Shown here piece by piece: positions 25,427-36,404 of a stretch of DNA of 64,000 nucleotides (position 1 is its first letter; every line of letters starts with the position of its first letter). Position numbers and translations under genes: made by a program. The notes beneath the pieces were generated by a model, which ran no database searches, was not told where the DNA came from, and was given only the letters and a program-made list of their open reading frames with translations. The stretch comes from an uncultured Gammaproteobacteria bacterium (GTDB lineage Bacteria > Pseudomonadota > Gammaproteobacteria > UBA9214). The stretch is from the NCBI GenBank assembly GCA_963773065.1, contig CAVYZN010000002.1, forward strand, positions 52,636 to 116,635. The letters run 5' to 3'.

Positions 25427-27696
25427 AACCCAATCGTAAACTGGAAGTTCTGCACATTATCACCCTGCTTTGCGTTCAGCGGGAACCCTAAACTTATCGC
25501 GAGCGGGCCCATCGGCGATATCCACAATCCCGACACGCCGACCGAATAGCGCAGCTCCTTGGCATCGAAGCTCCCGAAGTCCGAATAGACATTGCCGATA
25601 TCGAGGAAGGTGCCCAGCCGGAACGATTTACTGTCCTCCATGAACGGCAGGGGGAACAGGACCTCCGTACCGCCGACGAGCAGGACACTGCCGCCGATGG
25701 GGTTACCCTTCGAGTCGGTCGGCCCCAGGGTGTTATCTTCAAAGCCGCGTACCGAACGCACCCCGCCGGCAAAGTAATTATCGAAAAACGGCAGGTTGTT
25801 ATAGTCACCATAACCGTCGCCGTAGCCCAGCTCGGCGTGCATGGACAGTGTCAGGCTCTTGGTCAATGGCACATAGCGCCGCTGCTGATAATCCAGCTTG
25901 TAGTACTCAAGGTCGGAGCCCGGCACGGCAAGCTCGGTGGAGAAGCTCTGCAGCCCGCCATCATCGGCCAGTATCGCTTTGTTGCGCGTATCATGGGCCC
26001 AGCTTCCGGTCAACGTGAGCGTATTGTAATCGCTGCCGTGCTGGTTGATGAAGTCTATGACTTCGTTCGGCGAATCATTGGTCTGATTGAGCCTGAGATT
26101 CTCTAATTCCGGTGAAAAGCGTACGGTGTCGAACTCGTTTATCGGTATGCCATAATTGACATTGCCGCCGTAGGTGTCGGTAGTGTAGCTGGAAACATTC
26201 GCCTGGTCGGCGTCGGTTTTCTTGTAGAACAGCCCGAAGCCGCGGCTGATCCCGTCAATGGTGTAATAAGGATCGGTGTAATAGAAATTGTATACCGTCG
26301 TCACCTTACTGTTGTTGAAAGCAAAGCTGACGCGTTTGCCGCTGCCGAGGAAATTGTCCTGTGATATGCTCGCGTTGAACAGGATACCCGAGGTCTGCGA
26401 GTAACCCGCGCCCGCGGTGATGCTCCCGGAAGACTTTTCCGTCACCGAGTAATTGACATCGACCTGATCCGTGGTGCCGGGTACCGCCGGCGTTTCCACA
26501 TTGACGTCCTCGAAAAACCCCAACTTTTGCAGGCGGGCGCGGGAACGCTCCACCTTCTCCGCCGAAAACCAGCCGGCTTCCATCTGCCGCATTTCACGGC
26601 GCAGGACCTCGTCGCGGGTGACAATATTTCCCTTCACGTTCACCCGCCGTACATAGACCCGTTTCCCGGGGTCGACGATAAACGCGAGGCTGACCTCCCT
26701 GTTTGTCTCATTCACATCCGGCACGGTGTTGACATTGGCGAAGGCGTAGCCCTGGTCACCCAGTTTGGCGCTGATGCGGTCAACCGCTTCCGTGACCCGC
26801 TTGCGCGAGAAAACATCGCCCGGATTGATCATGACCAGAGGAAACAACTCCTGCGGCTTCAGCACCAGTTCACCGGACAAGGTGACTTCCTTGATCCTGT
26901 ACTGCTCTCCCTCGCTGATATTGATCGTAATATAAATGTCCTTCTTGTCGGGCGTGATCGACACCTGTGTCGAGATGATGTTGAAATTCAGGTAACCCCG
27001 GTCGAGATAGAAGGAGCGCAGGATTTCCAGGTCCGCCGAGAGTTTCTGTTTTGAATACTGGTCATTCTTGGTTATGAAGGAAAAGAAGGAAGGGGTATCC
27101 AGGGTGAAACCCTTGCGCAGTTCCTTGTCGGTAAACTTGTGGTTGCCGACTATGTTGATCTGCTTGATCCGGGCGACATCGCCTTCCGATATGTCGATCA
27201 ATATCCCGACGCGGTTGCGCTCCAGCGGGGTGATGGTCGTGTCGATCCGGACCGCGTATTTCCCGCGGCTGAAATATTGCCGTCGCAGTTCCTGTTCAAC
27301 CTTGTCGAGCAGGGAGCGGTCAAATACCCGCCCCTCGGCCAGGCCGATATCCTTAAGCCCCTCGAGCAGCTTATCCGTTTCCAGATCCTTGTTGCCGGTA
27401 ATCTTGATGCTGCTGATCGCCGCGCGTTCCTTGACATACACAACCAGGACGCCGCCGTCTCTTTCCAGGTGTATGTCGCTGAAAAACCCCGTCTTGAACA
27501 GCGCCTTGACCGCGGTGACCGAGTCCTGGGTGTCTACCGTATCGCCGACCTTTATGGGCAGGTAGTTGAACACCGTGCCCGGAGAGATGCGCTGCAGGCC
27601 TTCGACGCGGATGTCGGTAACCTCAAAGGTCTCGAATGCCCGGGCCGTACCGCACAGCGACAGGGTCAGCAACACTATCCGGATAAAGACTCTCAT
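25423..27696 (-). CDS. bamA: outer membrane protein assembly factor BamA
   Basis: DIRVEGLQRIS POTRA domains, VRGF motif, SPMGPL, FQFTIG. Confidence 0.98.
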   Translation of the reverse strand: MRVFIRIVLLTLSLCGTARAFETFEVTDIRVEGLQRISPGTVFNYLPIKVGDTVDTQDSVTAVKALFKTGFFSDIHLERDGGVLVVYVKERAAISSIKITGNKDLETDKLLEGLKDIGLAEGRVFDRSLLDKVEQELRRQYFSRGKYAVRIDTTITPLERNRVGILIDISEGDVARIKQINIVGNHKFTDKELRKGFTLDTPSFFSFITKNDQYSKQKLSADLEILRSFYLDRGYLNFNIISTQVSITPDKKDIYITINISEGEQYRIKEVTLSGELVLKPQELFPLVMINPGDVFSRKRVTEAVDRISAKLGDQGYAFANVNTVPDVNETNREVSLAFIVDPGKRVYVRRVNVKGNIVTRDEVLRREMRQMEAGWFSAEKVERSRARLQKLGFFEDVNVETPAVPGTTDQVDVNYSVTEKSSGSITAGAGYSQTSGILFNASISQDNFLGSGKRVSFAFNNSKVTTVYNFYYTDPYYTIDGISRGFGLFYKKTDADQANVSSYTTDTYGGNVNYGIPINEFDTVRFSPELENLRLNQTNDSPNEVIDFINQHGSDYNTLTLTGSWAHDTRNKAILADDGGLQSFSTELAVPGSDLEYYKLDYQQRRYVPLTKSLTLSMHAELGYGDGYGDYNNLPFFDNYFAGGVRSVRGFEDNTLGPTDSKGNPIGGSVLLVGGTEVLFPLPFMEDSKSFRLGTFLDIGNVYSDFGSFDAKELRYSVGVSGLWISPMGPLAISLGFPLNAKQGDNVQNFQFTIGL

Positions 27697-27727
27697 GACA
27701 GGTGCACGTATCGAAACCGTAGCGACA

Positions 27728-29098
27728 TCATGCGAACAAACGCGCCAGATCGTTATAAAATGCCAGCGACATCAGCATCAGCAGAATGATGATTCCAATC
27801 CGCTGACCGAGAAGCTGGGCCGATTCGGAAACCGGGCTCCCTTTCACCAGTTCAATCAGGTAATACAACAGGTGTCCGCCATCGAGTACCGGCACGGGCA
27901 GCAGGTTCAGCACGGCCAGGCTGACACTGACGATGGCCAGAAATCCCAGAAATGCGGAGAATCCGAGTGCGGCTGACTGACCTGCGTAGCGGGCAATGCT
28001 GATAGGTCCGCTCAAGTTCTCGATCGACGCCCTACCGGTGACCATTTTCCATAATGTCCGCAGCGTCAGTGCCGTCATTTCCCAGGTCTTCCCGAGAGCC
28101 ACCGGCATGGCCCCGATGAGGCCGTAGCGCACGACGACGCGCATTGTAGCATGCTGTTCATCATCCTGAAGCCGGACATAAGCGCCGATACGGCCGACCG
28201 TCGCGCCCTCATCCTCGACCCCATCCGGCGTCAGGCTGAAATTCACCAGGGCGTCGCCGCGCCTGACCTGTACGGCAATGGTGCGCCCTGGCCGGGCGCG
28301 GACGTATTCAACCCACTGGTTCCAGTCCGTGACGGCCGCGCCATCGGCGGTCACCACCACATCTCCCGCCAGCATGCCGGCCCGTTCCGCCGGACTTCCC
28401 GGCTCAAGCCGGTCGATCACGGGCGGATAGACCGGGCGCCAGGGTTTTATGCCGAAATTCTCCAGCAAGTCGCCCTTGCCCAGCAGCCGCGTCGATTCAT
28501 CCAGCGTGACCCGCAGTTCCCTGTCGTGTCCGTCGGCATCCCGCACGCTGACCGGAAACGATGCCGGCGCATCCAGCCCGGCATCCAGCAGCGCCAGCAC
28601 GGCGGATTCCCAACTGGGTGTCGGCTTGCCCTGGATCGCCAGTACCTCATCACCCGCCGCGAACCCAGCCGTTTCCGCATAGCTCGATGGGATCACCTCG
28701 CCGATGACCGGGCGCATCCCGGGAACGCCGCTGACATACATGATCCAGTAGGCGAGGATGGCGAACAGGAAATTGAATACCGGACCGGCGGCGACCACGG
28801 CGCCGCGCGTGGCGAGGGGCTGGCGGTTGAAGGCACGGTGCAGTTCGCTCGCGGCGACTTCGCCCTCCCGCTCATCCAGCATTTTCACATAACCCCCGAG
28901 CGGCACCGCGGCGATGACCAGTTCGGTTCCGTCTCGACCCAAACGGCGGCGCCAGAGCGGCCGGCCGAAACCGATGGAAAACCGCAGGACCTTGACCCCC
29001 AGCTTCCGGGCAACCCAGAAATGACCGAATTCATGGACGGTGACGAGTATCCCGATGGCGACGATAAACGCGGTAACGGAAATGATCAGACTGTTCAT
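27728..29098 (-). CDS. rseP: intramembrane metalloprotease RseP
   Basis: [25 protein letters not shown], two PDZ domains, [12 protein letters not shown]. Confidence 0.97.
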   Translation of the reverse strand: MNSLIISVTAFIVAIGILVTVHEFGHFWVARKLGVKVLRFSIGFGRPLWRRRLGRDGTELVIAAVPLGGYVKMLDEREGEVAASELHRAFNRQPLATRGAVVAAGPVFNFLFAILAYWIMYVSGVPGMRPVIGEVIPSSYAETAGFAAGDEVLAIQGKPTPSWESAVLALLDAGLDAPASFPVSVRDADGHDRELRVTLDESTRLLGKGDLLENFGIKPWRPVYPPVIDRLEPGSPAERAGMLAGDVVVTADGAAVTDWNQWVEYVRARPGRTIAVQVRRGDALVNFSLTPDGVEDEGATVGRIGAYVRLQDDEQHATMRVVVRYGLIGAMPVALGKTWEMTALTLRTLWKMVTGRASIENLSGPISIARYAGQSAALGFSAFLGFLAIVSVSLAVLNLLPVPVLDGGHLLYYLIELVKGSPVSESAQLLGQRIGIIILLMLMSLAFYNDLARLFA

Positions 29099-30304
29099 GG
29101 CGCGGTCATGCCGATACCGGAGGTAATACAGTGCATCGCCCACTCCCGCGCCAGGACGTCGTCCTCGATAACCTCCGCCAGCGTGGCGGCCGCATGCGCG
29201 GCGCACTGGTTCAGGGCATATTCGATGACGCGGGGAATGGAGGTAAACGCTATCCGTCGCTCCAGGAAAGCCTGCACGGCGATCTCGTTGGCGGCATTGA
29301 GGATGGCCGGCGCCGTGCCTCCGGTTCGCCACGCCTGATCGGCCAGCGCGAGGCAGGGGAAGCGGCGCGGGTCCGGTTGCTCGAATTGCAGCATCCCGAT
29401 AGCCGCCAGGTCCAGCGGTTTCGCGCCGGACTCGATCCGTTCCGGCCATCCCAGGGCATGGCTGATCGGTATGCGCATGTCCGGATTCCCCAGTTGGGCC
29501 AGCACGGAGCCGTCCTGATATTCCACCAGGGAGTGCAGGATGCTCTGTGGATGCAGGAGCACGCTGATGCTATCAATCGGCAGATCGAACAGCCACCCCG
29601 CCTCGATCACTTCCAGGCCCTTGTTCATCATGGTGGCCGAATCAACGGAAATCTTGCGCCCCATGTCCCAGTTGGGATGGGCGCAAGCCTGTTCCGGCGT
29701 TACCGCGGCCAGCTTGTTGATCGGCGTGGTTCTGAACGGCCCGCCCGAGGCGGTCAGCATGATGCTCTTCACGCCGCGCGGCGTTTGCCCGGTCGCATAG
29801 TTATCCGGCATGCACTGCAGCAGCGCATTGTGTTCACTGTCGATGGGCAGCAGGGTCGGCGTGGTTATCCCTGACGGCCTGCATGAACAAGGCGCCCGAC
29901 ATGACCAGCGCTTCCTTGTTCGCCAGCAACACGCGCTTTCCCTTGCTCGCCGCGGCCAGGGTCGGCAGCAGCCCGGCCGACCCGACGATGGCGGACATCA
30001 CGTAGTCCGCTTCCGCCAGGCCCGCGACCTCGGCAAGCGCCTCATGGCCTCCCAGCACCCGGGTATCCGGGGCGCGGATTTTCAGCACCGTTTGCAGACG
30101 CTCCGCGGCCGACGGGTCGGCCATGACGGCGAAGCGGGGCTGGAATCGCTCGCATTCCCGCGCCAGGGCATCGACATCGGTATGCGCCGTGAGGGCGACC
30201 ACCCGGAAGCGGTCGGGATGGCGGGCGACGACATCCAGGGTGCTAAGGCCGATCGAACCGGTCGCGCCCAATATGGTGATGCCCGCGGGTTGCTTGTCTG
30301 TCAT
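29095..30304 (-). CDS. dxr: 1-deoxy-D-xylulose 5-phosphate reductoisomerase, frameshift near 29855
   Basis: ILGATGSIG...LANKEALV in one frame; [10 protein letters not shown]...TASGGPF...[23 protein letters not shown] in the next. Confidence 0.96.
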
Positions 30305-30379
30305 GGTTGTTCCGGATACGGACCGATCAACGCCGGACGGGGCGCCGCCTGTGGCACGGGGATTCCGAATCGCTACGGG

Positions 30380-31198
30380 TCACAGTCCGAACCACAGCAT
30401 GCCGAGGAGAAACAGGGGGGCGGCCGCCGTCAGACTGTCGATCCGGTCCAGTATCCCGCCATGTCCCGGGATGATGTGGCTGCTGTCCTTGATGCCGGCC
30501 TGACGTTTCATCAGGCTTTCCAGCAAATCGCCCACGATCGAAAACATCACCGCCAGCAGCGCGACCAGCGCCAGCGCCAGCGTCCAGCCGAGTGAACGGC
30601 TGTACCAATAGCCGGCCAGCAGGGCGCAGATCACGCTGGTCAGAATACCGCCCAGCGCGCCCTCCCAGGTCTTGCCCGGGCTGATCACCGGCGCGAGCCG
30701 GGTGCGTCCCCAGCGATGTCCCGCAAAATAGGCGCCGCTGTCCGCCAGCCAGACCAATACCAGCAAGGCCAGACTGATCACGGGGCCGTGCTCCTCGCGC
30801 GCGTGCAGCGCAACGAATGACGCCCAGGACGGCAGCATCACCAGGACACCGGCGATGCCTTTCAGCAAACGCACCCCGCGTGTCGGCTGCACACCGAATC
30901 CGGGGCGTGTCAACCAGTACAGCACCGCCAGCCACCAGATAAACGCCAGCAGCAACAACGGTTCGATGACCCTGTCCAAGGGCGCCGCCCACACCAGCGC
31001 CATGAGCGCGGCAACTCCCACCGGGTAGGCGATGCGCGCCGCCCCGGAGCCCAGCGGAATCATTCCGCCCCATTCCCACAGTCCGACGCCCATGACCAGC
31101 GCCAGCATCAGCGCGATGCCAGCGGTGGGAAGATAGAGAACACCACCCACGACGAGCGGCACCAGGATCGCAGCCGAGGCCAGGCGAGTCTTAAGCAC
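30380..31198 (-). CDS. cdsA: phosphatidate cytidylyltransferase
   Basis: WLADSGAYFAG...LAPVISPGKTWEG...GDLLESLMKRQAGIKDSS..IPGHGGILDRIDS. Confidence 0.97.
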   Translation of the reverse strand: MLKTRLASAAILVPLVVGGVLYLPTAGIALMLALVMGVGLWEWGGMIPLGSGAARIAYPVGVAALMALVWAAPLDRVIEPLLLLAFIWWLAVLYWLTRPGFGVQPTRGVRLLKGIAGVLVMLPSWASFVALHAREEHGPVISLALLVLVWLADSGAYFAGHRWGRTRLAPVISPGKTWEGALGGILTSVICALLAGYWYSRSLGWTLALALVALLAVMFSIVGDLLESLMKRQAGIKDSSHIIPGHGGILDRIDSLTAAAPLFLLGMLWFGL

Positions 31199-31951
31199 CC
31201 TTCAGTTGCTCCACCTGTTCTCCGGTGCGGCCGAAGCGGCGCTGCCGGCTGGCGTAGGATCGCAGAGCGTCATCGAGCGCCTTCTCATCGAAGGACGGCC
31301 AGAGTATCTCGGTAAAATACAGCTCCGTATAGGCCAGTTGCCACAGCAGGAAGTTGCTGATGCGCTGTTCCCCGCCGGTGCGGATGAAGAGATCGGGCTC
31401 GGGCAGATCCGACAGGGACATCTCGCCGCCGATCATCTCGACCGTAATGTCTTCGGGCCTGACTTCACCCGACGGCAACGCTCCGGGCGAGCGCGCGCAA
31501 GGCCTGGGTTATATCCCAGTGGCCGCCGTAGTTTGCGGCGACCACCAGGTTCAATCCCTCGTTGCGCACGGTCCGCGCTTCCGCCTGGGCGATCTGCTCG
31601 CGCAGGTCATCGGGAAAGGCGCCGCGATCACCGATGAAACGTATGCGCACACCGTTCCTGTGCAGGGTTTCGACCTCTTTCTTCAGGGTGCGGATGAAGA
31701 GGTCCATCAGCCACCCGACCTCCTCGCTCGGACGTCGCCAGTTCTCGCTGCTGAAGGCAAACAGGGTCAGCACCCTGATGCCCTTGTTGCGACACGCCTC
31801 GACGATGCGTCTGACCGCTTTGACGCCCTCCCGATGTCCGACATACCGCGGCACCATGCGCGCATGTGGCCCAGCGGCCATTACCGTCCATGATGATGGC
31901 GATATGCTGCGGCAACGCGGTTGTCTTGTCAGGCATATTCAACGAATCCAT
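31191..31951 (-). CDS. uppS: undecaprenyl diphosphate synthase, frameshifts near 31860 and 31478
   Basis: PQHIAIIMDGNGRWA / GHREG...LFAFSSENWRRP...NYGG / PDLFIRTGGEQRISNFLLWQ split over three ORFs. Confidence 0.95.
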
Positions 31952-31987
31952 GACGGACGTAGCGATCGCGAGCACCGGCGCCGGTCG

Positions 31988-32545
31988 CTAGATCTCCATC
32001 AGTTCGGCTTCTTTCTCCGCCAGGACCTTGTCGACGTCGGCCACCGACCTGTCGGTGATATGCTGTATATCCTCCGATGCCTTGCGTTCCTCGTCCTCGG
32101 AAATCTCCTTTTCCTTGAGCAGAGCCTTCAGTTCAGTGAGCGCGTCACGCCGGATATTGCGGATCGCGACCTTTGCCGCCTCCGCATCGTGACGCACGTG
32201 CTTCACCAGATCGCGCCGGGTCTCCTCGGTAAGCGGCGGCATCGGGATGCGGATTACCGTGCCGGCGCTTGCCGGGTTGAGTCCGAGATCAGACTTCATG
32301 ATCGCCTTCTCGATGACCTGTACCATCTGCTTTTCCCAGGGTGTAATCATCAGGGTGCGCGCATCCTCCACTCCCAGTTTCGCCACCTGTGAAATCGGGA
32401 CCTGGCTGCCGTAATAATCAACCATCAGGTGATCCAGCAGACCGGGATGCGCCCGTCCGGTACGCACCTTTCCGAACGCTTGCTTCAGCGCCTCGATGCT
32501 TTTAACCATGCGCTGTCTGGCGTCTTTTTTGATGCTTTCTATCAT
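31988..32545 (-). CDS. frr: ribosome recycling factor
   Basis: RTGRAHP...VDYYG...SDLGLNP...PPLTEETR...RNIRRDA...EKEAELMEI. Confidence 0.98.
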   Translation of the reverse strand: MIESIKKDARQRMVKSIEALKQAFGKVRTGRAHPGLLDHLMVDYYGSQVPISQVAKLGVEDARTLMITPWEKQMVQVIEKAIMKSDLGLNPASAGTVIRIPMPPLTEETRRDLVKHVRHDAEAAKVAIRNIRRDALTELKALLKEKEISEDEERKASEDIQHITDRSVADVDKVLAEKEAELMEI

Positions 32546-33261
32546 CCCGAGATCTCCCGCTCTACCAGTGTTCCGACATCCTCGCCTGCGACTATCCTGC
32601 CCAAGTGGCCCGGTCCGAAAATATTGAATACCCGAACCGGCATATTGTGCTCGCTGCACAAAACGAGCGCGGTGGCATCCATGACGGCGAGCTTGCGTCC
32701 CAGCGCCTCATCGAAGGTAAGCCGGTCAAACAGGGTCGCATCCTTGTTCTTCAACGGATCCGCCGAGTACACGCCATCCACCTTGGTCGCCTTGAGCATG
32801 ATGTCGGCGCCGATTTCGATGGCGCGCAGGCTCGCGGCGGAGTCCGTCGTGAAAAACGGGTTTCCCGTCCCGGCGGCAAAGATCACGATGCGGCCCTTTT
32901 CGAGGTGCCGCATCGCCCGGCCCCGAATATAGGGTTCGCACACCTGGTTTATCCTCAGCGCCGACATGACGCGGCAGCCGGCGCCGGCCTTTTCCAGGGC
33001 ATCCTGCAGGGCGAGGGCATTGATCACCGTCGCCAGCATGCCCATATAATCACCCCTCACCCGGTCCATGCCGCGTGAGGCCATCCCGGCGCCGCGGACG
33101 ATATTACCACCGCCGATGACCAGACCGATCTGGACCCCCGAGGCATTGACCGCCTGGATCTCTCCCGCGATGCGCTGGATGACATCCGGGTCGATACCAT
33201 GATCGCATCCCCCCATCAGGGCTTCACCACTTAGCTTCAACAGTAAACGACGGTAGCGCAT
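32542..33261 (-). CDS. pyrH: UMP kinase
   Basis: [11 protein letters not shown]...GGGNI...GMLATVIN...[13 protein letters not shown]...KATKVDGVY. Confidence 0.98.
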   Translation of the reverse strand: MRYRRLLLKLSGEALMGGCDHGIDPDVIQRIAGEIQAVNASGVQIGLVIGGGNIVRGAGMASRGMDRVRGDYMGMLATVINALALQDALEKAGAGCRVMSALRINQVCEPYIRGRAMRHLEKGRIVIFAAGTGNPFFTTDSAASLRAIEIGADIMLKATKVDGVYSADPLKNKDATLFDRLTFDEALGRKLAVMDATALVLCSEHNMPVRVFNIFGPGHLGRIVAGEDVGTLVEREISG

Positions 33262-33414
33262 TTCAAGTGTTTACCTTGTTTATCATAACGATACATTGAT
33301 TACCCCACGCGGCGGAGAGCGCGCCACATTGTCTTACTTTTCAACCCTGATTGCCACAGCTCATCGCTCCCGCGCTTCCCTGCGCTCCGCGATGTACCTA
33401 CGTCCCTGTAGGCA

Positions 33415-33441
33415 TAAAAAAGGGTCGACATTCGACCCTCT
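33415..33441 (-). terminator. intrinsic terminator after tsf
   Basis: On the minus strand, agggtcga-atg-tcgaccct is followed by a T run. Confidence 0.75.
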
Positions 33442-33494
33442 TGATTGACGCAGGCAGCCTGACACGTATCATCGCAGGATGGTCTTGCCCCGTA

Positions 33495-34383
33495 TCAGCC
33501 GCCCTTGATCTGGGCCATCACCTCATCGGCAAAGTTTTCCGTCTTCTTCTCGATGCCCTCGCCCAGTTCCATGCGCTCGAAACCCGCGACGCCGGCGCCG
33601 GCGCTCTTGAGCAACTGACCGACCGTCTGGTCGGGGTCCTTGACGAACGGCTGATTCATCAGGGTGATCTCGGCGAGGAATTTCCTGATGCGCCCGTCCA
33701 CCATCTTTTCGATGATATTCGCCGGCTTGCCGCTCGCCTCCGCCTGCGCCGAGAAGATCTCGCGTTCCTTGTCGATGATATCCCGGGGCACTTGCGCCTC
33801 GGTGAGGTACTGCGGCTTGCTGGCGGCGATATGCATGGCGATATCACGGGCCAGATCCGCATCGCCGCCCTGCAGTTCAACCAGTACGCCGATACGAACG
33901 CCATGCTGGTAATGCGCCAGCGTGCCTTTCGTGGCGTCACGCCTGACAAAACGGCGGACATTGATATTCTCGCCGATCGCGGCAATCAGCGTTTTCCTGG
34001 CCAGTTCGATGGTGGCGTCCTGCCCCGTCATGCAGCGGCATCGCCAGCAGGGCGTCGATATCGGCCGGTTTACCGGCCAGGACGCGTCGTGCGATGGCGC
34101 TCGCGAAGTCCTGGAATTCCTGCTTCTTGGCGACGAAGTCGGTCTCGCAGTTGACCTCGACCAGGGCCGCCGAGCGGCCGTCAGCGCTCATCTCGATGGC
34201 GATCAGGCCTTCCGCGGCCACGCGCCCGGCCTTTTTGTCGGCCTTCGCCAGACCGGTCTTGCGCAGCATCTCGATTGCCGCTTCCATGTCACCGCCGGCA
34301 TCGACCAGCGCCGTCTTGCATTCCATCATTCCGGAACCGGTGCGCTCGCGCAGTTCCTTCACTTGCGCCGCTGTTATCGCCAT
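33495..34383 (-). CDS. tsf: elongation factor Ts, frameshift near 34030
   Basis: [16 protein letters not shown]...[11 protein letters not shown] in one frame; IGENINVRR...AMHIAAS.P...[11 protein letters not shown]...GEGIEK in the next. Confidence 0.97.
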
Positions 34384-34455
34384 CGTGTAAAACCTCGTCT
34401 CTTGAATTTCTCAGTTATTCTGGCCAGTTATTCTGGCCGGGTGCCGCAGGGTCGA

Positions 34456-35382
34456 TTACGCCGCACTGTCGTCCCGGGATATTTCGGCTGGTTCCGCGGC
34501 GGGGCTCTCGGGTTCTTCCTGATCGGGCGTTTCCTCGTCGACGGATTCCTCGCCCTTGCGGTGGACCGCCTTTTTCTTCACCGTGACCTTTTTCGCCGTC
34601 TTCTTATGCGCGGGGGCCCTGGCTGTCTTCTTCGGCGAGGCGCTACCCTTCTCATCGAGTTCTACAAACTCGTCCTCCGTATCCGGTGTGATCCTGGCGA
34701 TGTTCAGGCGGCCCGTTTCCACGGCGTTCGCGGCGCCTTCCACATAGAGTTGGATCGCGCGTATGGCATCATCATTGCCCGGGATCACATAATCGACGCC
34801 TCCGATGGAATTGTTCGTATCGACCACGCCGACAACCGGGATGCCGAGTTTGACCGCCTCGCTCACGGCGATCTTTTCGTAGCCGACATCGATCACAAAC
34901 ATGGCATCGGGAATCCCGTTCATGTCCTTGATGCCGCCGAGACTGCGATCGAGCTTTTCCTTTTCCCGCTGCAGCATCAATCCTTCGCGTTTGCTCAGCC
35001 GTTCGAAGGAGCCGTCGTCTTGCATGGTTTCGAGATGCTTGAGGCGCTTGATCGACTGGCGCACGGTTTTGTAGTTCGTCAGCATGCCGCCGAGCCAGCG
35101 ATGATTGACATAGGGCATGCCGCAGCGGGCGGCATGTTCCTGAATGGCGGCCTGCGCCGAACGCTTGGTGCCGACGAACAGCACGGTGCCACCGTTGGCC
35201 ACCAGGCTGCCGATGTAATTCATCGCGGCATTGAACAGCGGCAGCGTTTTTTCGAGGTTGACGATGTGTATCTTGCCGCGCTCGCCGAAGATATAGGGGG
35301 CCATCTTCGGGTTCCAGTAGCGGGTCTGATGACCGAAATGCACGCCAGCCTCTAGCATCTGGCGCATGGTGACATTTGCCAT
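34456..35382 (-). CDS. rpsB: 30S ribosomal protein S2
   Basis: [22 protein letters not shown]...RWLGGMLTN...[11 protein letters not shown], with a long charged C-terminal tail. Confidence 0.99.
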   Translation of the reverse strand: MANVTMRQMLEAGVHFGHQTRYWNPKMAPYIFGERGKIHIVNLEKTLPLFNAAMNYIGSLVANGGTVLFVGTKRSAQAAIQEHAARCGMPYVNHRWLGGMLTNYKTVRQSIKRLKHLETMQDDGSFERLSKREGLMLQREKEKLDRSLGGIKDMNGIPDAMFVIDVGYEKIAVSEAVKLGIPVVGVVDTNNSIGGVDYVIPGNDDAIRAIQLYVEGAANAVETGRLNIARITPDTEDEFVELDEKGSASPKKTARAPAHKKTAKKVTVKKKAVHRKGEESVDEETPDQEEPESPAAEPAEISRDDSAA

Positions 35383-35391
35383 AAGGTATAC

Positions 35392-35495
35392 TCCGGTTTC
35401 GGGTTAAGCCTCCATGTACCCCATGACGGCAACCCGGCCACCGCTGTCAACGAGACCCGGGCACCCTGCCGCATGTGCCGGTACATGTGTGAATT
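35392..35495 (-). ncRNA. rpsB leader (t44-like cis-regulatory RNA)
   Basis: The 5' UTR of rpsB reads cacacatgtaccggcacatgcggcagGGTGCC...ggggtacatgGAGGCTTAACCC, the conserved gammaproteobacterial rpsB leader pattern. Confidence 0.8.
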
Positions 35496-35540
35496 TGGTT
35501 GAGGCTTGCCAGGCAGCCGAATGAGACTGCTTAACAAGCC

Positions 35541-35556
35541 GGCCTTTATACCATAC
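35541..35556 (-). promoter_or_regulatory. extended -10 promoter of rpsB-tsf
   Basis: Minus-strand TATGGTATAAAGGCC resembles the conserved TGTGGTATAAAG rpsB promoter with a GC-rich discriminator. Confidence 0.65.
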
Positions 35557-35624
35557 ACTCCCTCCTCCGGCAATTGCCCTGAACAACCCACTGTCGCGTT
35601 CGACCCCGGGAAACAGGTGGTTAT

Positions 35625-36393
35625 ATGGCCGTCACCATCAAGACATCAGCGGAGATCGAGAAAATGCGCTTGGCCGGCCGTCTGGCGGGCGAGGTGCTGC
35701 GCATGATCCGGCCCCTATGTCGTTCCCGGGGTCAGCACCGAGGAGCTGGACCGGATCTGCCATGACTACATCGTCAACCAGCAGCAGGCCATACCGGCGC
35801 CCCTGAATTACCGCGGTTTCCCGAAATCCATCTGCACCTCCGTGAACCACGTCGTCTGTCACGGCATCCCGAGCGAAAAGGTGCTGAGGAAAGGCGACAT
35901 GGTGAACATCGACATCACCGTCATCAAGGATGGCTTTCACGGCGACACCAGCAAGATGTTTTTCGCCGGCGAACCCTCCGTGGCCGCCCTGCGGCTTGCC
36001 CGTATCAGCCACGAGTGTCTGGTGCGCGGGATTGAGATGGTCAGACCCGGCGTACGCCTGGGCGACATCGGACAGGCCATCCAGGAACATGCCGAGGCGA
36101 ACCACTGTTCGATCGTGCGCGAATACTGCGGACATGGCATCGGGCGTGAATTCCACGAGGACCCGCAGGTACTGCACTACGGCACGGCCGGTACCGGCAT
36201 GGCGCTGGAGACCGGCATGACGTTCACCATCGAGCCCATGGTCAACGCCGGCAAACGCCATACCAAACTGCTCCCGGACGGCTGGACGGTGGTCACCAAG
36301 GACCACAGCCTGTCCGCCCAGTGGGAACACACGATCCTGGTCACGGAAGACGGACACGAGATACTCACCTGTCTGCCCGGTGACGAGATTTAA
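35625..36393 (+). CDS. map: methionine aminopeptidase type I, frameshift near 35715
   Basis: [25 protein letters not shown] then ...SICTSVNHVVCHGIP...DGFHGDTS...GHGIG..FHEDP...FTIEPM...SAQWEHT. Confidence 0.97.
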
Positions 36394-36404
36394 CCACCGC
36401 GCCC

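Noticed and set aside
33351-33412. TCGCTCCCGCGCTTCCCTGCGCT...CGTCCCTGTAGG stretch between tsf and pyrH
   Set aside because: May be a degenerate repeat remnant, but it is single-copy in this window with no clear structure.
34456-34700. Long Lys/Glu-rich C-terminal tail of RpsB
   Set aside because: Variable charged tails are common in S2 proteins.
33495-36393. Programmed frameshifting in tsf or map
   Set aside because: No precedent, no consistent slippery motif, and the background indel rate explains the breaks.
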